Part shown: positions 14,501 to 28,745 of the stretch, in pieces
Numbering within the stretch: position 1 is the stretch's first letter
Layout: every line of letters starts with the position of its first letter
NCBI RefSeq assembly: GCF_008831285.2
Contig: NC_045138.2
Location: 24,552,001-24,616,000, forward strand
Direction of reading: 5' to 3'
Length of the DNA: 64,000 bases
Source of the DNA: Nymphaea colorata
Taxonomy: Eukaryota
Made by a program: the position numbers and the translations under genes
The notes under the pieces: generated by a model
What the model was told of the DNA's origin: nothing
Databases searched by the model: none
Seen by the model: only the letters and a program-made list of their open reading frames with translations

Positions 14501-16398
14501 CAAATGTGGGGACGACTGTGAAGGAGACAGTCTCTGGAGGGGCAGCAGGCTCTGTGTTCACCCCAACCCAGCACTCAGTAGCCCCGTAGTCTGCGCCAAT
14601 CAGTGGCAGGCCACCGGCATAGTGCCTCAACTTGTTCAAGTAAGGCAGCATGGAGCCCGTCATGATCGAATACACATACTTGGCGTTGGGCCAGAGGCGA
14701 GGGATAACCCCGTGCCATTTCCTGAGGCCCATGCATTTCTGCTCCACAGTAGAGGCCAGATCTGGGTTTGGGGAGATCAATTCAGTGACTGCCCTTCTCA
14801 TGCTGGGCGACGTGATTCTTGGGCTCAGGGTGCCTTCCCTTATGTCGCTGCAAATCTCTCTCCAAAGCAGCTCAAATTCCCTGAACGCCTCAACTATACT
14901 GTAGGCAAAGGTGGAAGTCACGTACTCCACCTCTTCTGAGAAGTGCAGGCCTAGAAGGAGGTGGCAGTACGTGGATTGCCGGTGGTCTGAGCTAGCGATG
15001 ACCTCACTGGGGCTGCATGTGAATGTCTCTGTCTTCATTTGCTTCATCTTGAACTCTTCACTCTCAAAGTAGTGGGTAGTTGCCGTTCCAACCTTTTGCC
15101 CTCCCGTTGTGTAGAACAGTTTGCTGCTATATATGAATTCCAAGATCCTCCCTCCTGGTTTGGTTGGGAACAACCTACAACAACCAACGTGAGAAATTTA
15201 CATAAAAATGATCTTCCAATTGCTCCAAACACCCTATTTCATTCAAGCATGTGGAATCGAGAGTACAAAACCCTTAAACTACAAATAAACAACTCGATAC
15301 TGAACACCAAGAGCATAATTGCATGTGATGGAGACGACACAATTTAGGTCAAACCTGGATCTATATGCTGCAGCCAATCTAAACATATGAATGGTGGATT
15401 GAGCACTGTGACGAGTGAAGAGCAGGAATTTTGGTCTTCCTTCCGTCGTCCCCGAGCTGCAAACGTTAACACTGTGTAACTGAAACCGATAAAACACATA
15501 TAATGGTTCCGAACAATCACGTCGCTATACATCGTTACCACGCGTTGAGACTATTATCGCAGGTGTTAACATTTAGATGATTTAAAACTATGTTAATGGG
15601 TCTACTTGTTTTTCAGAATTCGTTGATTTCCAAAGTTCATGTCAAGAGCAGCACAAATCCAACCCCGATATTAAGTTAGTATAGAACGCCCCATTTTCTA
15701 TGCTATATTTCATGTAAAAATTAGCAGACTCGTACTACAAGAGAACTGACATGAAACAACGGTTGGACTGTTCTAATCCAACCATGCACAGTAGTTAGTG
15801 TCTGGAGGCGATGCGGCATAGTGGGGTGTATCACGACCCTAGGCACGTGATTGAAGGTTTGATCGGCTTCTGGATGCCCACCTTTCGGAATTTGCATAAG
15901 CCTGGAAAGCAGGTCAGTCCTTGTCCTGAGAGCAGGCAGAAGTAGCTACAAGGTAAAACTATTTCTTCTTTTATGAGCAAACAACGCCTAGAAGAATGTT
16001 CTGCGGACTGGTTATGATTAGGAGAACATGAACAGATATATTTTTAAATTTTATGTATACAAAAGAGAGAAAGAGAGGGATTTTGACCTTAAAGAAATGG
16101 TTGTGACAGGCTGTTGAATAAGGATGGGAGACGGGTCTCCGTCTGCAATCCTTTGGATGTAAGGCTCATAGTCTGCATGAGAAGAGAGAGGCACAAAGGA
16201 TGAGAAAAGTGACTCTAACTCCTGGTCTTCCATCTCATGAAGCTGGGGGAGGTGTCCCATCCATTTGTTGAGGTACTCTGCACCACTATTCTGGCGTATT
16301 ATCTGGCCTAGCGTCCGGGCTTGTACTGCTGGTGCTTCTCTACACACTTCTTCGAACCACTGGATTATATCTCCCCCATCTCCATCTTTCCTGGTCAT
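11549..16398 (-). CDS. GH3.10: Group I GH3 acyl-acid amido synthetase, GH3.10/DFL2-like. Exons 16398-16088, 15456-15355, 15174-14354, 12087-11549
   Basis: Motifs SSGTTEGRPK, DYGATECWVG, GLYRYRLGDVV and QFKTPRC. N-terminus DIIQWFEEV..VQARTL..NSGAEYL..W resembles GH3.10/DFL2. Three GT-AG introns with consistent phases. Confidence 0.92.
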
Positions 16399-19300
16399 CT
16401 CTGTCTCTCTCCTCTCTCTCGCCTTGCGAAAGCGCGTGCAATCTGTGATCCGAAAGAAATGGCCCTTTCCTCTATACCTCTTTTCCCTTCGTCAACAGAG
16501 CAGCTGTTGAGCTGTCTCTCAATAATCTGCTGTGGTCAGTGTCCATGAGTAATTGACTCGAGTTGTACGACGCAATCCCCACCACAGAAATCTTTATCCA
16601 TCTTTCAATTCATTTCCTTCCATCGCTGGAAAAAATATTATTAATGCCCACCGCTTTCCCTTTTCTGAAAAAAAAAAGATTCCGATGCTTAATCCGTTTG
16701 CGTTTTTTGCTAAAAACGTTTACTGCTCAATGTGCTCATTCCCTTTTCTATGTTTACTTCTTTCCCTAAAGAAAATCCTAATCCTCATTCACTTCCAGTT
16801 TCCTGCTAAAAAGGTTATAATGCTTAGTCCGCCTCCGTTTTCTGCTGGAGGAATTTTAAAACAGTTATTGCCTCATCCATTTCCATCTTCTGCACTGAAA
16901 GGAAAAGTTAAATTTATCGTTTTCTGATGAAAAAATTAACTCCTACTCTTATTCTGAGCTTCCATTTTCCTTTTATAAGCCTAATCTAAGCATTGATTCA
17001 CAGAAAGTTGAAGAAGTCTTATTCTATGACGAAGAAGAAACACAGGGAAATTCATTTTTCAGGAAAAAATAAAAGAAAAATGTCCAGATACGAAACCAAC
17101 TAACCCAATTGATGGACACAATAATATCAATGAAACATACTGTTTTAGGACAAGGTCAAGAAGCAGAAAAGTCTAGCTTTAACGGAAAAGATTCCAGCTA
17201 GTTTTGTTGGCAAAATCATGGGCATGAAAGACATAACCATGGCATAGAGCATTGCCAACGGGTGCATGCTACTGTTTACGGTTGAAGAGATGATGGTAAG
17301 TCAGGAGATAAGCATTCCATAATTATAGCTGAAGTTGCTGCATGTAGTAATGGCGTTAGCAGTAAGCAGAAATCAAAGGACAAAACGTGAAACTGACGCT
17401 GAAATTGTAAAACGCAGATAGGTGTAGCAGAATGCCAGATTTCCACCTCTTGATTTTGGGCAGTGGGTAATTGTAGCAGCCCAATAAATAAAGGACTTCA
17501 ACACCCATCGATTCTAAAGTCGATGGTAGCCTTCCGTAGTGTTGTTACCTTTTCCCATGGAAATCAAACTCAAATACAAAAACGGTTTTCTGATACGTAA
17601 AGTTTCGAAATTTTGAATGGACAATTTTTCTATCATTTCAAATCTCCGGAATTTGTGTAGAATCTTAGATTTAATAAAAGTAAATTCCAAACGTGCGGTT
17701 CTAGGGTTTTCACTGTGAAAATCTTGCATCCAGCATTAATCACTCCCCAAAATAAATGAACAATAACAAGTAAATATTAGGAAGATAAGAAATGGAAGGT
17801 AGGATCATGCATTCCTGTCTTCGATATCAGAAGAGGGGAAGGCTGCCCACAAAATATCATGGTGACTACCGCTCATTTTGCACAACCAGGATTGTTAGCA
17901 AACAGAAACACAAAGATGCTGCAGACATTTGGGGCGACCGCCATCTGATTCAATAGTATCACCTTTTGGAGGCATAATAGCGACAATATCTACGAGCAGC
18001 CTCCTGCTCGCTCCATTGATTGAACAGCACCTTCTCTTTTGGCCATACTGATAAGGTAGCCACTTCCATTATGTGGTGGCCGAGCTTTCCAAACGGCAGA
18101 AGCAGCAGTACTACACAGAGCCTATTTTGGTTGTCTGCTTTCATTTTTTTTCCTAGTAAAGGTAGAAGAAACAACTTCCTCTCTTGAAATCTTGCTCACA
18201 GAGAAGATCTTGTTTGAGAGCATATCTGCTGCGATCACCCTTCAGAGAGAAAGAAGAGATAGAAAGAGAAATGCTGATGACAAGACGAAAACGTGGTCCG
18301 ATACCATGGGCTCCAGCTGTTCTAGCGAGTCTGGAGCACTGAAACGCGTTCTGTCAACAGTCCGGTTGCTTTGCAGTCTGGTGGGGTCATCATCATTAGA
18401 TGGGAGGGAGTGTGAGCTTCGAGGTGGTGTGGTGGGATTTTAAAATTATGGTCTTTAACCAGAATCTAATTTGATAAAATCTTTTGGTAAGTAGATGCAA
18501 GAATTACAACCCAACTTGTAATCGTCACTTTTCTAATTCATGAATTTCAGGTCAGACTTTTCTCCCACCTCTCCTCCTGACTTAAGAGGTTCATCAAAGG
18601 AATAGTAACAAAAATTTTAGATTCGGGACCAACTTTTAAGTTTGCAGTTTGCTATGAACACCATGTTAACAGATGCTCGCATGTTAAATTCTGGGTACGC
18701 TTTCATGGCCGTGTCATCTCAGGTGACCAATCCTGTGAGGCCAACATGCAAGCTAAATAGAAAAGCATGAACACCTGTGCTTTTCGGCTCGCAACTCTAT
18801 GAATGGGAAAATGATTTATAATGTATCTATATGCATTATTGTGAAACATTATTTGTTTAATTTTCTACCACGTAGCATTGTTTCAGTTAGAAATGTTATG
18901 TAATATTTTCTTTGATGACAGAAAATATTCCAAAGCTCATACAACTTAAAGCGGCCTGTTTACTAACGTTAAAATCACATGATCTTATGCGAGTATTAAC
19001 CCTACCTCATGTCTTACAAAGATGACGCCACGACAAACTGCAAGTTGTAAGTCGTAAGTTGTAAAGGCAACATCCTTCGCAACTCTCCTCTTACCTCCAG
19101 CTTTCGGCTTCGGGCTTCTAGACGTAAATATCGGCAATCTTAATTTCATATGTTTAATTTGGACAAGATATTAAGCAATTTTAGACTTCCATTTTTTTTT
19201 ATATATATTAAAACTTAAAAGTCACGAGGTAAGCTAAGTGCAGGCGAGATCCATGACAGAGGCTTTACATGCATGTTGATAATTGTCAACGAACCTGAAA

Positions 19301-22300
19301 AAGGATGATATCCATTATAATAAACAATATTAACGAAATTAAGTTTAATGATATATAGCTTTAGGAGAATAGCAGTTCCATATTGCTAACCACATCGATC
19401 GTGACATAAATTTATGGAGGCCTTTCTATTATTCCAACTAATAAATAGCCTCCTTTTTATTGGAAAATTGAATGTGTTGGTTGGTTGAAAGAAAAACACA
19501 AAGAAGAAAAAAAACAAGATGTGAACTAATATTAAATGAAATGATGAAAATGTATACTTATGCTCACTTTTTTTTTTCTCAATAATTCATCATAATAAAC
19601 CAAATGGCCATAATGAGTGAGCCACCAGAATCACCATTCACTCACTCCCCTTTTATTATTCAAACTAATAATTAGTGTTAATTTTGTCAGCTATATATGA
19701 TCAACTGAATGGAAGAGAGGTGTGATGGAGATGCGGTCAACACTAAAAATAGTTTTCTTTTCCTTTTCAAGTTATGTTTTTTCTTTTTTGAAATGGTTAC
19801 ATATTGCTCTTTTTTTGAGGTATTTTTTTCAGAGAAGAGCAAAAGTGCCTTTAAAACAAAGAAATTATTTTGAAATAGACCACGAAATTAACACTGCAAA
19901 ACGGCCGACCTCCTCATTCAACATCGCGTATAAAAGAGAGGAATGTTGCTAGCAGATGCTATTTCTATGAACAAAGGAGGACGAACCAGAAGATCATCTA
20001 TTGAGAATTGGGTGGTGCACAGTGTGTCACAAGAATTTGAAACCAGAACACTTATTTGCTTAATATTCGAAGCGCCTGACTACTGCCTTTCCGTATTGGT
20101 TCTTCGAACTAATGGAAGACCATAACAAAACTACAAATTTTTTCAGAATAATAATACTCCCAGCTGCGGCTGTCATGGAAAGATATATGTGATGTTTTAT
20201 TGTTTCCTGTAGAGGAGCATATAATGTCACTCAAGCGTACATCCATTCGTATATAACTTATAGACACGAATATTGTTTGCGCTGGATTCTTGCCTCGTCA
20301 GATTGGACAAAGATAAATTTTTACGCTGTGTACGCATTAATTGGTGAAGATCAGGAGTGAAGAAGATCAGTATTGCAATCAGAAGCCCAATATTGTGGTT
20401 GAGTGCTCCAAGGGTCAAGGTATACCCAGTAGCTGCAATCACCATGGTGGAAAAAACTTGCAAATTTTTTTTTATTGGTTCTATTATTGGTTGATGTGGT
20501 CTCCTTGAATTATGTGCGGCACAGAAAAATCTTAGTAATTTATGGGAACTCTCCCTCCACTTTCAATGCAATTGAAGAACGTCTGTTGTCCTGACCGCAT
20601 TGTGACATTAACGGTGGTAAAAAACAGTAGAATGCTCAAAAGAGTAAAGGTAAACTAATTTGATTTGAAAATGTCTAACATTGTTTCCGCTGAGGGACTT
20701 CCGATATGTACATCACCGATAATGCTCGTGAAAGTTCTATATTATATATGTGGAACATAGAATGAGACAACTAATGCACAAAAGAAACATAAACTAAATA
20801 AATTAAGCTCCTCTTGATAACCTTGTAAGGGCAGAGAAGATGAAGGAAAGAACAAGCCTTGTATGAAATGGGTGTTGAAGTGCTGAATGACAAAAAACTG
20901 AACATACCCTCGATAAGAAAAGCAAGAACACCCTTTTTCATGGTGAGAGGCCAAACGCACATGGGCCTTGAATAGGACAAAACATGGAAGGGACATTTGT
21001 AGTTAATTATGATCTTCAAGGAGGTGCAAAATTCAATAGTCTGGATAGCTCCTTTAAAAAGCAGGAAAAAAAAACGGAGAGAATTATGTTCTACTGATTC
21101 AGGCTTGGGTCCGAACGAACATGATCTGTTGGGTTTAATTGAAAAGATCACGAGCTCGCGTTCAAATTCAAACTCAAACATGACTAACGATGGAAAAGTA
21201 CCAGCATTTACTATTGGCAAGGGAAAATGTTAATGCAGTACACTCTCCAGCTGCTGTACCCATTACCAATGCACCAGCAAAAATAACATTATTCATTGAA
21301 TGTCCTGCAATTCGCAATGGACGTGAAACACGTGAGGGAAATCTTGAAAAAAATATTAAGTTTCACTGAGCATGTGGCGTGAGTGAAACGTTAAAAGTTT
21401 CAAGCTGAAAGCTTTAGAGCAAGTCCCAATCCTGTCATTTTGTTGCAGAAGCTTTCTGATACATAGTGTTATCTAATTTGGTGGTGTCAGCTCACTCCGA
21501 TAACCTTTCTCATAGTTTAGAATCCCAAAAATGTGTTTGTGTAGTTTGCAGAATACTTTTACTGACAAAAACCTTTTTCTGAGCAGTTACACTGGGCCTC
21601 ATAGTTAGAAGCATGATCCATTGTATCCTGTACTGTAACGTAAAAAGAACTCGAAAGATACTTAAAGAACCTTTTCTTAGAGTCGATCTTGTGGTATTGG
21701 CAATTGACAGAAGAGATTGACATGTCTCTTCTGTCTAACATCCTCATGTTTCGGTCTGTTTGGATCAGACATGTGGCCAAGATAAGTTGATGTTGGCAAA
21801 TTGGAACATGTACTTGGCTTTGGGGAGATACTTCGAAGAGGCTAAAGCTCCTCTTCTCTTGTCCCTCTTCCTAGAGTTCATGCTTACTCCTTTAAAACTT
21901 TAAAACTCGAGAGTAGTGTATGAGTAGTGTATGTTACTGTTTATAATATAGATGAATAGCCGTCAGCTAGAATGGAGCTGATGACTGCCCTTTCACCAAT
22001 CCACTAGGGGAGGCATACTTTGGCTTTGGTATGAAGTAGTTTGGCCTGACCTTGGCTAATGCCTGTCTTGTCTGCTGTGGAGCGGAAGAGTGGGAGGTCC
22101 ACCTGTTTCTTAGGCGCAGATGAGCTAAGAAAGTGTGGGAACAGGTTCAATCTCAGTTTGATGTCAAAGTGAAAGGGTTGGACTCGGTTGCGGACGCGTG
22201 GAGCTGGCGTATCGGGGCTATAGATCTAAATCCAAGTGCATTTTTCCGGTTTCCCCTGTGGTCATACGGGGATATGACGCTGGAGGAATTGGAGTTTTCA

Positions 22301-22538
22301 TGAAGGAACTGCTTTGTGGAGATGGTTGGTTCATGGTTGTATTCTTCTTTTCAGAAACAAAACAAGCAGAGGTCGGAGGAGGAGAAAAGAATTTGATTAG
22401 ACGTCGAGCCTGAATGGGCCTCAAAGTCGAGGTTAGACGTAGTTCTTGCTCATCGCTCAGTCATCTAAAGATTTCATTTAACACAAAATCCGGATTTAAT
22501 AAATTAGGAGCAACTAGGTTTCGGATTTCGTCTGTATT

Positions 22539-22574
22539 GGATCTAGATCTAGATCTAGATCTAGATCCGATCCT
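22539..22574. repeat. Self-complementary (TCTAGA/AGATCT)n hexamer repeat
   Basis: ggatctagatctagatctagatctagatccgatcc visible in the sequence. Confidence 0.8.
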
Positions 22575-23353
22575 GCTGACATGAACGGGTTTGATAAAAA
22601 AAAAAAAAAAGAAAGAAATCTTAAGTGCCGAAGGTAGACGTCAAAGCCGTCACTTCGAAGGAATATGAGGATTCGATGAAGGCAAGTCTCGTCGGCCAAT
22701 CCAAGGCGCCTTCGTGGGTCCCAGTTTTAGAATCTTCCGGCAGTCTTTGATGGGGCCCTCACCTTCCCTTCCCCACATTGGCGTTTAAGGCTCTCCTTGC
22801 ATCTTTTTTCTTCTCCACAAAATTTTGTAGTTATTGGAAGATATTTTCGTTACGAGTTTTTTTTTTTTTCGTTTTTGGGTGGACGAGAGGTGCCTACGAT
22901 CGCACTCAATTCCGCAAACAAGTTTATTTTTTTGTTGAACATAATTTTTTTTTTCCAGTCTTAATTTATGAATGTCTGCGAATCATATGCACAAAAAAAC
23001 ATTTTATATGTAAAAAGAGTCATATTTTCCATCGCCTTAGGATTCGAAGTTTCTGGGCACGGGTTGCAGGTAGTTTTGCTCAAAACAGCATTTACAATGG
23101 AGTGCGTTCAGTAATGGACTGCGTACGCTGAAATTTGAAGTTCTTTTATTATTTATTTATTTTTTCACGTATGCAAACTCATTAAGATGCAAATTATTTG
23201 GTCAGAGTGCTCACATCAGTTTTCATGAATGCCTGAAAATCTAGGACCACACATACACACGCACGAGAGGCCACATGTAGTGAGCATTTGGATCTTGTTT
23301 GTCAAATGAACAGCTAGCTTCACGATTTTAATCTTAAATTTGTGGGCTATAGG

Positions 23354-23516
23354 TAGTGGTGGAGCTACAAATTTTGGATGAAAAAGCATTGATCCAAAAC
23401 TTTTGTTCTTGGAGGGGCACCAATTTATATAAATAAGAAACCAAATTTTTGAAAGCAGCAACATATGAATAAGGTATTTTTGTGGAGCTCGTGTGGGCAA
23501 GGAGGCTGCGCCACTG
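23354..23516. mobile_element. Degenerate MITE-like element upstream of the Mpv17 gene
   Basis: Imperfect terminal inverted repeats (TAGTGGTGGAGCT ... GGCTGCGCCACTG) around an AT-rich core. A related internal motif (tttgtggagct..gggcaa) recurs near 33630. No clear TSD. Confidence 0.35.
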
Positions 23517-24024
23517 GTTGTAAGCCATTGATTTGTTCTAGTTGTGGAAAATCTGGCTCTTTTGTTCACAATAAGACAACCGGAGAGCGCGAATTTACAA
23601 GTTGAAACCTGTGGATCACAAGTGCATAGTCAAAATAAGAGAAAAAGGAAGCGAGAAATTGTGGTGCGTATAGATTTGAATGTGTGTTTGGAACATGGAC
23701 GCATGCGTATATACTCAGGGGTAGAGGCATATATGGAGAGTGTGCGTGTCCCAACCTTGAGTTTTTTATTTGTCCCGCACAAAACAATCCCAGATTCCCA
23801 GAACCGCCTGGGACCCTCCTTTCCTGTTTGCTTGATCTCTTGACCACAAAAAAAGGAAAAAGAGGTCACCAATTCGAACACCCCAAATCCTCGACGTCTA
23901 CATATCTTCACCAGACGCCTTCATGGCCCCCTGAATCACCCTTTATCCTCTGGTTTTTTCGGCCAAAACCCCCTACTTCTATCTCCTCCTCCACCTCTCA
24001 AACGCCCCAGCAATAAAAAAAAAA

Positions 24025-27000
24025 ATGGCCTCACTGAGCAGCATCTCTCCACAGAGGTTCTCACAGATCACAAAACCCATCGTGGGCAGATCCCAAACCA
24101 ATTCGAGATCCAGCTCGAGTGCCTTGACCACCATCAGAGGGCCCTCCGGCTCTTCCCTCTCGCATCAGAAGGCCAAGAAAAGTCCTTTAAGGCCGGTGTT
24201 TGGTTCGGAGAAGAGGAATTGGGCGGTGAGGTCTGTCGTTGAAGAGATAGATGTGATTCCTATTCGGAACGGTGAGCCCATTAATTTGAAGGAGGAAGGT
24301 GGTGAGAGCTCCAATTTGGTGCCCGTTGGGGGCTTCGCTACCGATGGTGGTCGTCTCTCTTTTGAGAGTGGGATGGGAATTGGGGACACCATGGTGGAGG
24401 GGTTCCCTGGTTCCTCGCCTTCTTCATCCAACCAGGGTGGGGATGGAGACAACAAGATGGTGGATAGGGCCATCAACGCGGCGATAGTTCTTGCTGCCGG
24501 CACGTTCGCCATCACTAAGTTGCTCACTATCGATCACGACTATTGGCAGGTGAGTGATTTCGTGTTGGTCTTATTTTGTTGTTTGGCTGCTTGTTTTCGA
24601 GAGTTTTCGTGATGTTTGTAGCTTCTAATTTTGAAGAAAAGTGGTTCGGAAGTTTTATTTGGAGACTTGGACTAATGACTATCGTCTTAGATTGTCATCT
24701 AAGACATGATAGGGGTTCTATTTGGTTCTTGCATTATTCTGGATTGTTTTCGTTTATGAGAAAATGGTTTTGTATTTGGGGAGCTTAAAAATTAACTTGC
24801 TGTTGGATGTATTTCTAGAATTACTACTATTACTAAATAGCCAGGGAATTTAGTTCGTGGCATCCTGCTTTTTCTCAGGAAATTAATTGGTTCTAACTTC
24901 TAAGTGGTTTATTGTACGGTCCCTTTGTCGGTTTTAGTGAGAAATATTTTCTTTGCATATTTGCGTGACAATTCCTATTATAATTGTTCTGTCGTACCGG
25001 AAGAATAATTATCTGTTGCATGGTGTGGGTTTCACAGTGCTGTTGTTCCATAATGGGCTTCAACCTTTTCCTTTGTTGTTCTAGGTACTTCCTTTGAGTT
25101 TGTGAGCTTTTCATCGTTCACTACGAAAAATGTTCATGTGAACATTATGTGCAGAAAAGATTTGAAATAATCCAGAAAACTAATGTCATCACGGGTGAAG
25201 ATGTTTCTCTTAGTCTATTAGACATAATTTGATTATTAAGATGAAATGTTTTAACATGAGCACTTCTACATGTGTAGGTCGGTACAATTTGAGCAAGCTG
25301 CCCGTGGAATTCTTCACCTAGATGCTGAAAAAAAAAAATTCATATGTTTGTTGCGTGTGTTGCAATTGGCAGAATTCTAAGGTGACTGACGTTATATAAG
25401 AAGAAACCAGGAAACAGGAGTCATGTAGTTACGCATGTACTTGGACAAGGCTTGATAATGACGATAAACTTCTTGATGTTTTGTGTTTATGTCTAATATG
25501 AGTTACAATAATCATAAGATTATGGAAACATGTTTATTTCTCACCCTCTTATTTTTTGAAAGTTTTGTAGCTTCAGATGAAAAATGAGTATTATTCGTGG
25601 GGCTAATGATGTGTGTCATGACATCTGTTTGTTGTGTATTATTTCCCATGTGAAATTTATCTTGGATTTTGAAGCCTTTGGTTCACTTCAGAGAGTTACA
25701 GTTCTGTTAAAAGATGTGTTTCTGTATCAGTATGACCTGCTTCTAGTTCTTGTTTGGTCTCTTGATTGTTGTTTCTCTGCAAAATTGCAGGGTTGGACCC
25801 TTTATGAAATTGTAAGATATGCTCCCCAGCATAACTGGACAGCATACGAAGAGGCTTTGAAGACAAATCCAGTCCTAGCAAAGATGATGATCAGTGGAAT
25901 AGTTTACTCAATTGGCGATTGGATTGCTCAGGCAAGATTAGTGCTAGATAAATTATAACTGATGTACTATATTCTTTCACTGTATGTGGAAATAGACATG
26001 ATTTAGTTGATTCCTAGTTTCTCTTTCTTATATTTTTCTGAAATTGCAGTGTTACGAGGGAAAGCCAATCTTTGAGTTTGACCGTGCTCGAATGTTCAGA
26101 TCTGGCCTTGTTGGATTTTCATTGCATGGCTCTCTCTCTCATTATTACTACCACTTCTGTGAGGTACTCGGATCTTCAATATGCCCATAAAATGGCAGTT
26201 ACCGGAGTGGCTTGTTATTAGCTAGAGGTTTAATTACTGAAGCAGCATAATATTTTCTGCAGGCTCTGTTTCCATTTCACGACTGGTGGGTGGTTCCTGT
26301 AAAAGTAGCATTTGACCAAACTGCATGGTCAGCTTTTTGGAATAGTATTTACTTTGTTGTACTTGGGTTCTTGCGCCTTGAGTCTCCAGGAAACATATTC
26401 TCCGAATTGAAGGCAACATTTTGGCCGATGTTAACAGTAAGTTTATGGCAATCTGCCTTGATATTGTTTGGAATCTTGAAACTTTTATACAACATGATAT
26501 TCTATTCAGTGCTAAGGAGGTCCAGTGTCTGAAGTTCTGCTGAAATTTACCTTCCTCTCTTAATCTGAAAATGTAGACTTAAAGTGAAAAAGAAGAGTTT
26601 GGAAAATTTAAGCAAAGATAGAATTATTTCTGGTCAATTATTCACAATTTTAGATGACCTGTTGTTCTCCGTCTGCATTTTATGGTCCACTTTGTATTTT
26701 CTATGTTTTGATACAATTTTTTTTCCTCACCTTGTCAATTATACATGTGCAGGCAGGGTGGAAACTTTGGCCGTTTGCACACTTGATTACGTACGGAGTC
26801 ATACCTGTTGAGCAGAGGCTTTTGTGGGTGGATACAGTGGAGTTGATATGGGTGACCATATTATCCACGTAAGTTATTTGCTTCATCCTCACGCCTCTGG
26901 GTATAGTGTTACTTTGGGCTAACCAGCTAACTATCAATCTTTTTCTTTGAACTTGTATGCAGTTATTCAAATGAGAAATCGGAAGCTAGAAATGCAGAGG

Positions 27001-27125
27001 CATCATCAGATCCAAATGACGAAAATTCATCCACCGTTTCAGTGGTACGAGGAGTGCTTCTTAATTTTCTAACCAGAATATTTGGTTATTGTTTCTGATG
27101 TTTTTCATCTTCCCCCCAGGAATGA
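24025..27125 (+). CDS. Mpv17/PMP22-family membrane protein with a predicted plastid transit peptide. Exons 24025-24549, 25791-25931, 26050-26163, 26263-26436, 26753-26868, 26963-27044, 27120-27125
   Basis: Ser/Arg-rich N-terminus, then INAAIVLAAGTFAITKLLTIDHDYWQ|GWTLYEIVRYAPQHNW..NPVLAKMMISGIVYSIGDWIAQ|CYEGK..KVAFDQTAWS..GWKLWPFAHLITYGVIPVEQRLLWVD. Intron 2 is GC-AG. Confidence 0.92.
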
Positions 27126-28745
27126 GCTAGGAACCAGCTGAATGAGAGGAAAAATTACTTGTTTCCTGTGGAACTGCTGCAGGCTGTGGTGGTCTTATGT
27201 ACATCTCTTTTCCAGCATCACAAAGTGATGCATCTCTGCCGCCAGCAATGTGTATATTCTGTAACAGTAGCTTTTGTCCACAAGTATATGCAGTAGCATA
27301 TTGTTACTGATCTGAGCAACTGTAATTTATAGTCAGTGATTATTTAATTAGCACACTTGCATACTTGTAGAGCTATCCTCTTTGGCAGGCAAAGTTTTTT
27401 TTATGAAAGTTCAGCAAAAGTAAGCTTCCACTTGATTACTGTCATCAAAAGTTGAGGTCATATGAGAGAATTTAAAATGTGACCCCTGTTTTTAAGTTCT
27501 TAAATATGTGAGCGCAGTTTTGATTTGGTAAGAGTAAAACTTATAATTGTAACCAAGGTGGGAGTCTTGCTGATGTTCATCCGGAGTTCATCTCTCATGT
27601 AAGGTGTCCTTTCAACACAAACTGCTGCAAATTAGATTCTTTGAACAAATTGTTGACTCAAAAAATTCAGATGAATATGAAACAATTGGTACGATGGTTG
27701 CAGTTTGTATTTAGGCATTGGTGTCAATGGTGGAACTCTACGGGCTGTTGTTGGCTGGACGGGGTCGGATCCAAATTTGGTCGCACACCAATGGTCCATT
27801 CAAGAGCTGAATCAAGATCCTAAATGTCCAAGATAATGCCGTGCCTCCTCAAACAAAAGACAAAGCAAAGGAATTTTAGAGTAGAATTCTTCTATTTGAG
27901 GGTTCGATTAGAAAAGTTGGCTGATAAATTTGATCACAAACATATTCCTGATTGAAACCATCGATCAAATCCAAAAACTTATTTCAAAATGTTTACATCA
28001 GTATGCAATCCAAAGACACTGGTTGGTCTTCATTTCATTAGCCATAAAAAGATAATCATCTTTGGATTGGAACCAACAGTCTAGCCAAAACCAAACTTTC
28101 CTCAATCTCAAGAAATATGTCAAAAGCGACAAGATTCAGATCCAACGCAGGGCCGTGTCTATAACCAAATTAGTGGGGTTTCTAGAATCGGATCAACGGT
28201 CTCATTCGGTTCTCGACAACAATGTTACATCTGGAGGTCGAGTCTTAACCTTATCCTCATGCAGATCTAAATTTCAAGTGCGGGTCAACGTTGATTTCCA
28301 AGTCGGTTGATCATTCAGTTGTAAATCTCTTTTCATTTGAATCCAAATTTGATTAGAAATGAATCTCGTTAAGTCGGGTTAGATCAGATCTAATAATGCC
28401 CAGTCTTAAACGGAATCCGACCCGTTTACATGCCATTGCTCCGCTGGCGCTCACGGGCTGCCGCTGCCAGCGCAACCCAACTGTGAATGTGCTGGACTTC
28501 CATTGGAGCCCGAAGACCCTTCGTCATCGTGGCATCCACCAAGTAACGCGGCTTAATTTCAGCGCGCAACACAACGGGGCACACTTGATCGCCTGTCGTA
28601 TATCCGTTTTGTGTTTGTAGGGTACCAGGTATCTTTCTCTCGCGCGCTTTCTCGTTCTCCCTTTCCGCCGCTCTATCTCTCTCTCTCTGCAAGCACAAAG
28701 AGAGAGAGAAAGCGAGCGGCTGATCAATCTCTCTGAGAGGCACCA

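Noticed and set aside
11387..14939. Plus-strand ORFs overlapping GH3 exons (11387..11806, 14400..14939 and others)
   Set aside because: Antisense shadows of GC-rich coding exons with no recognisable motifs.
18292..18312. PBS-like CA-TGGTATCGGA on the minus strand
   Set aside because: Imperfect tRNA-Met match, with no identifiable LTR pair or gag/pol remnant nearby.
20811..20832. tasiR-ARF-like string TCTTGATAACCTTGTAAGGGC
   Set aside because: It has a 3-nt insertion relative to tasiR-ARF, and I saw no flanking miR390 sites.
21704..21737. Short hairpin TTGACAGAAGAGA-loop-TCTCTTCTGTC resembling the 5' end of miR156/157
   Set aside because: Only about 13 nt match, the 3' half (GAGCAC) is absent, and an 11-bp stem is too short for a pre-miRNA.
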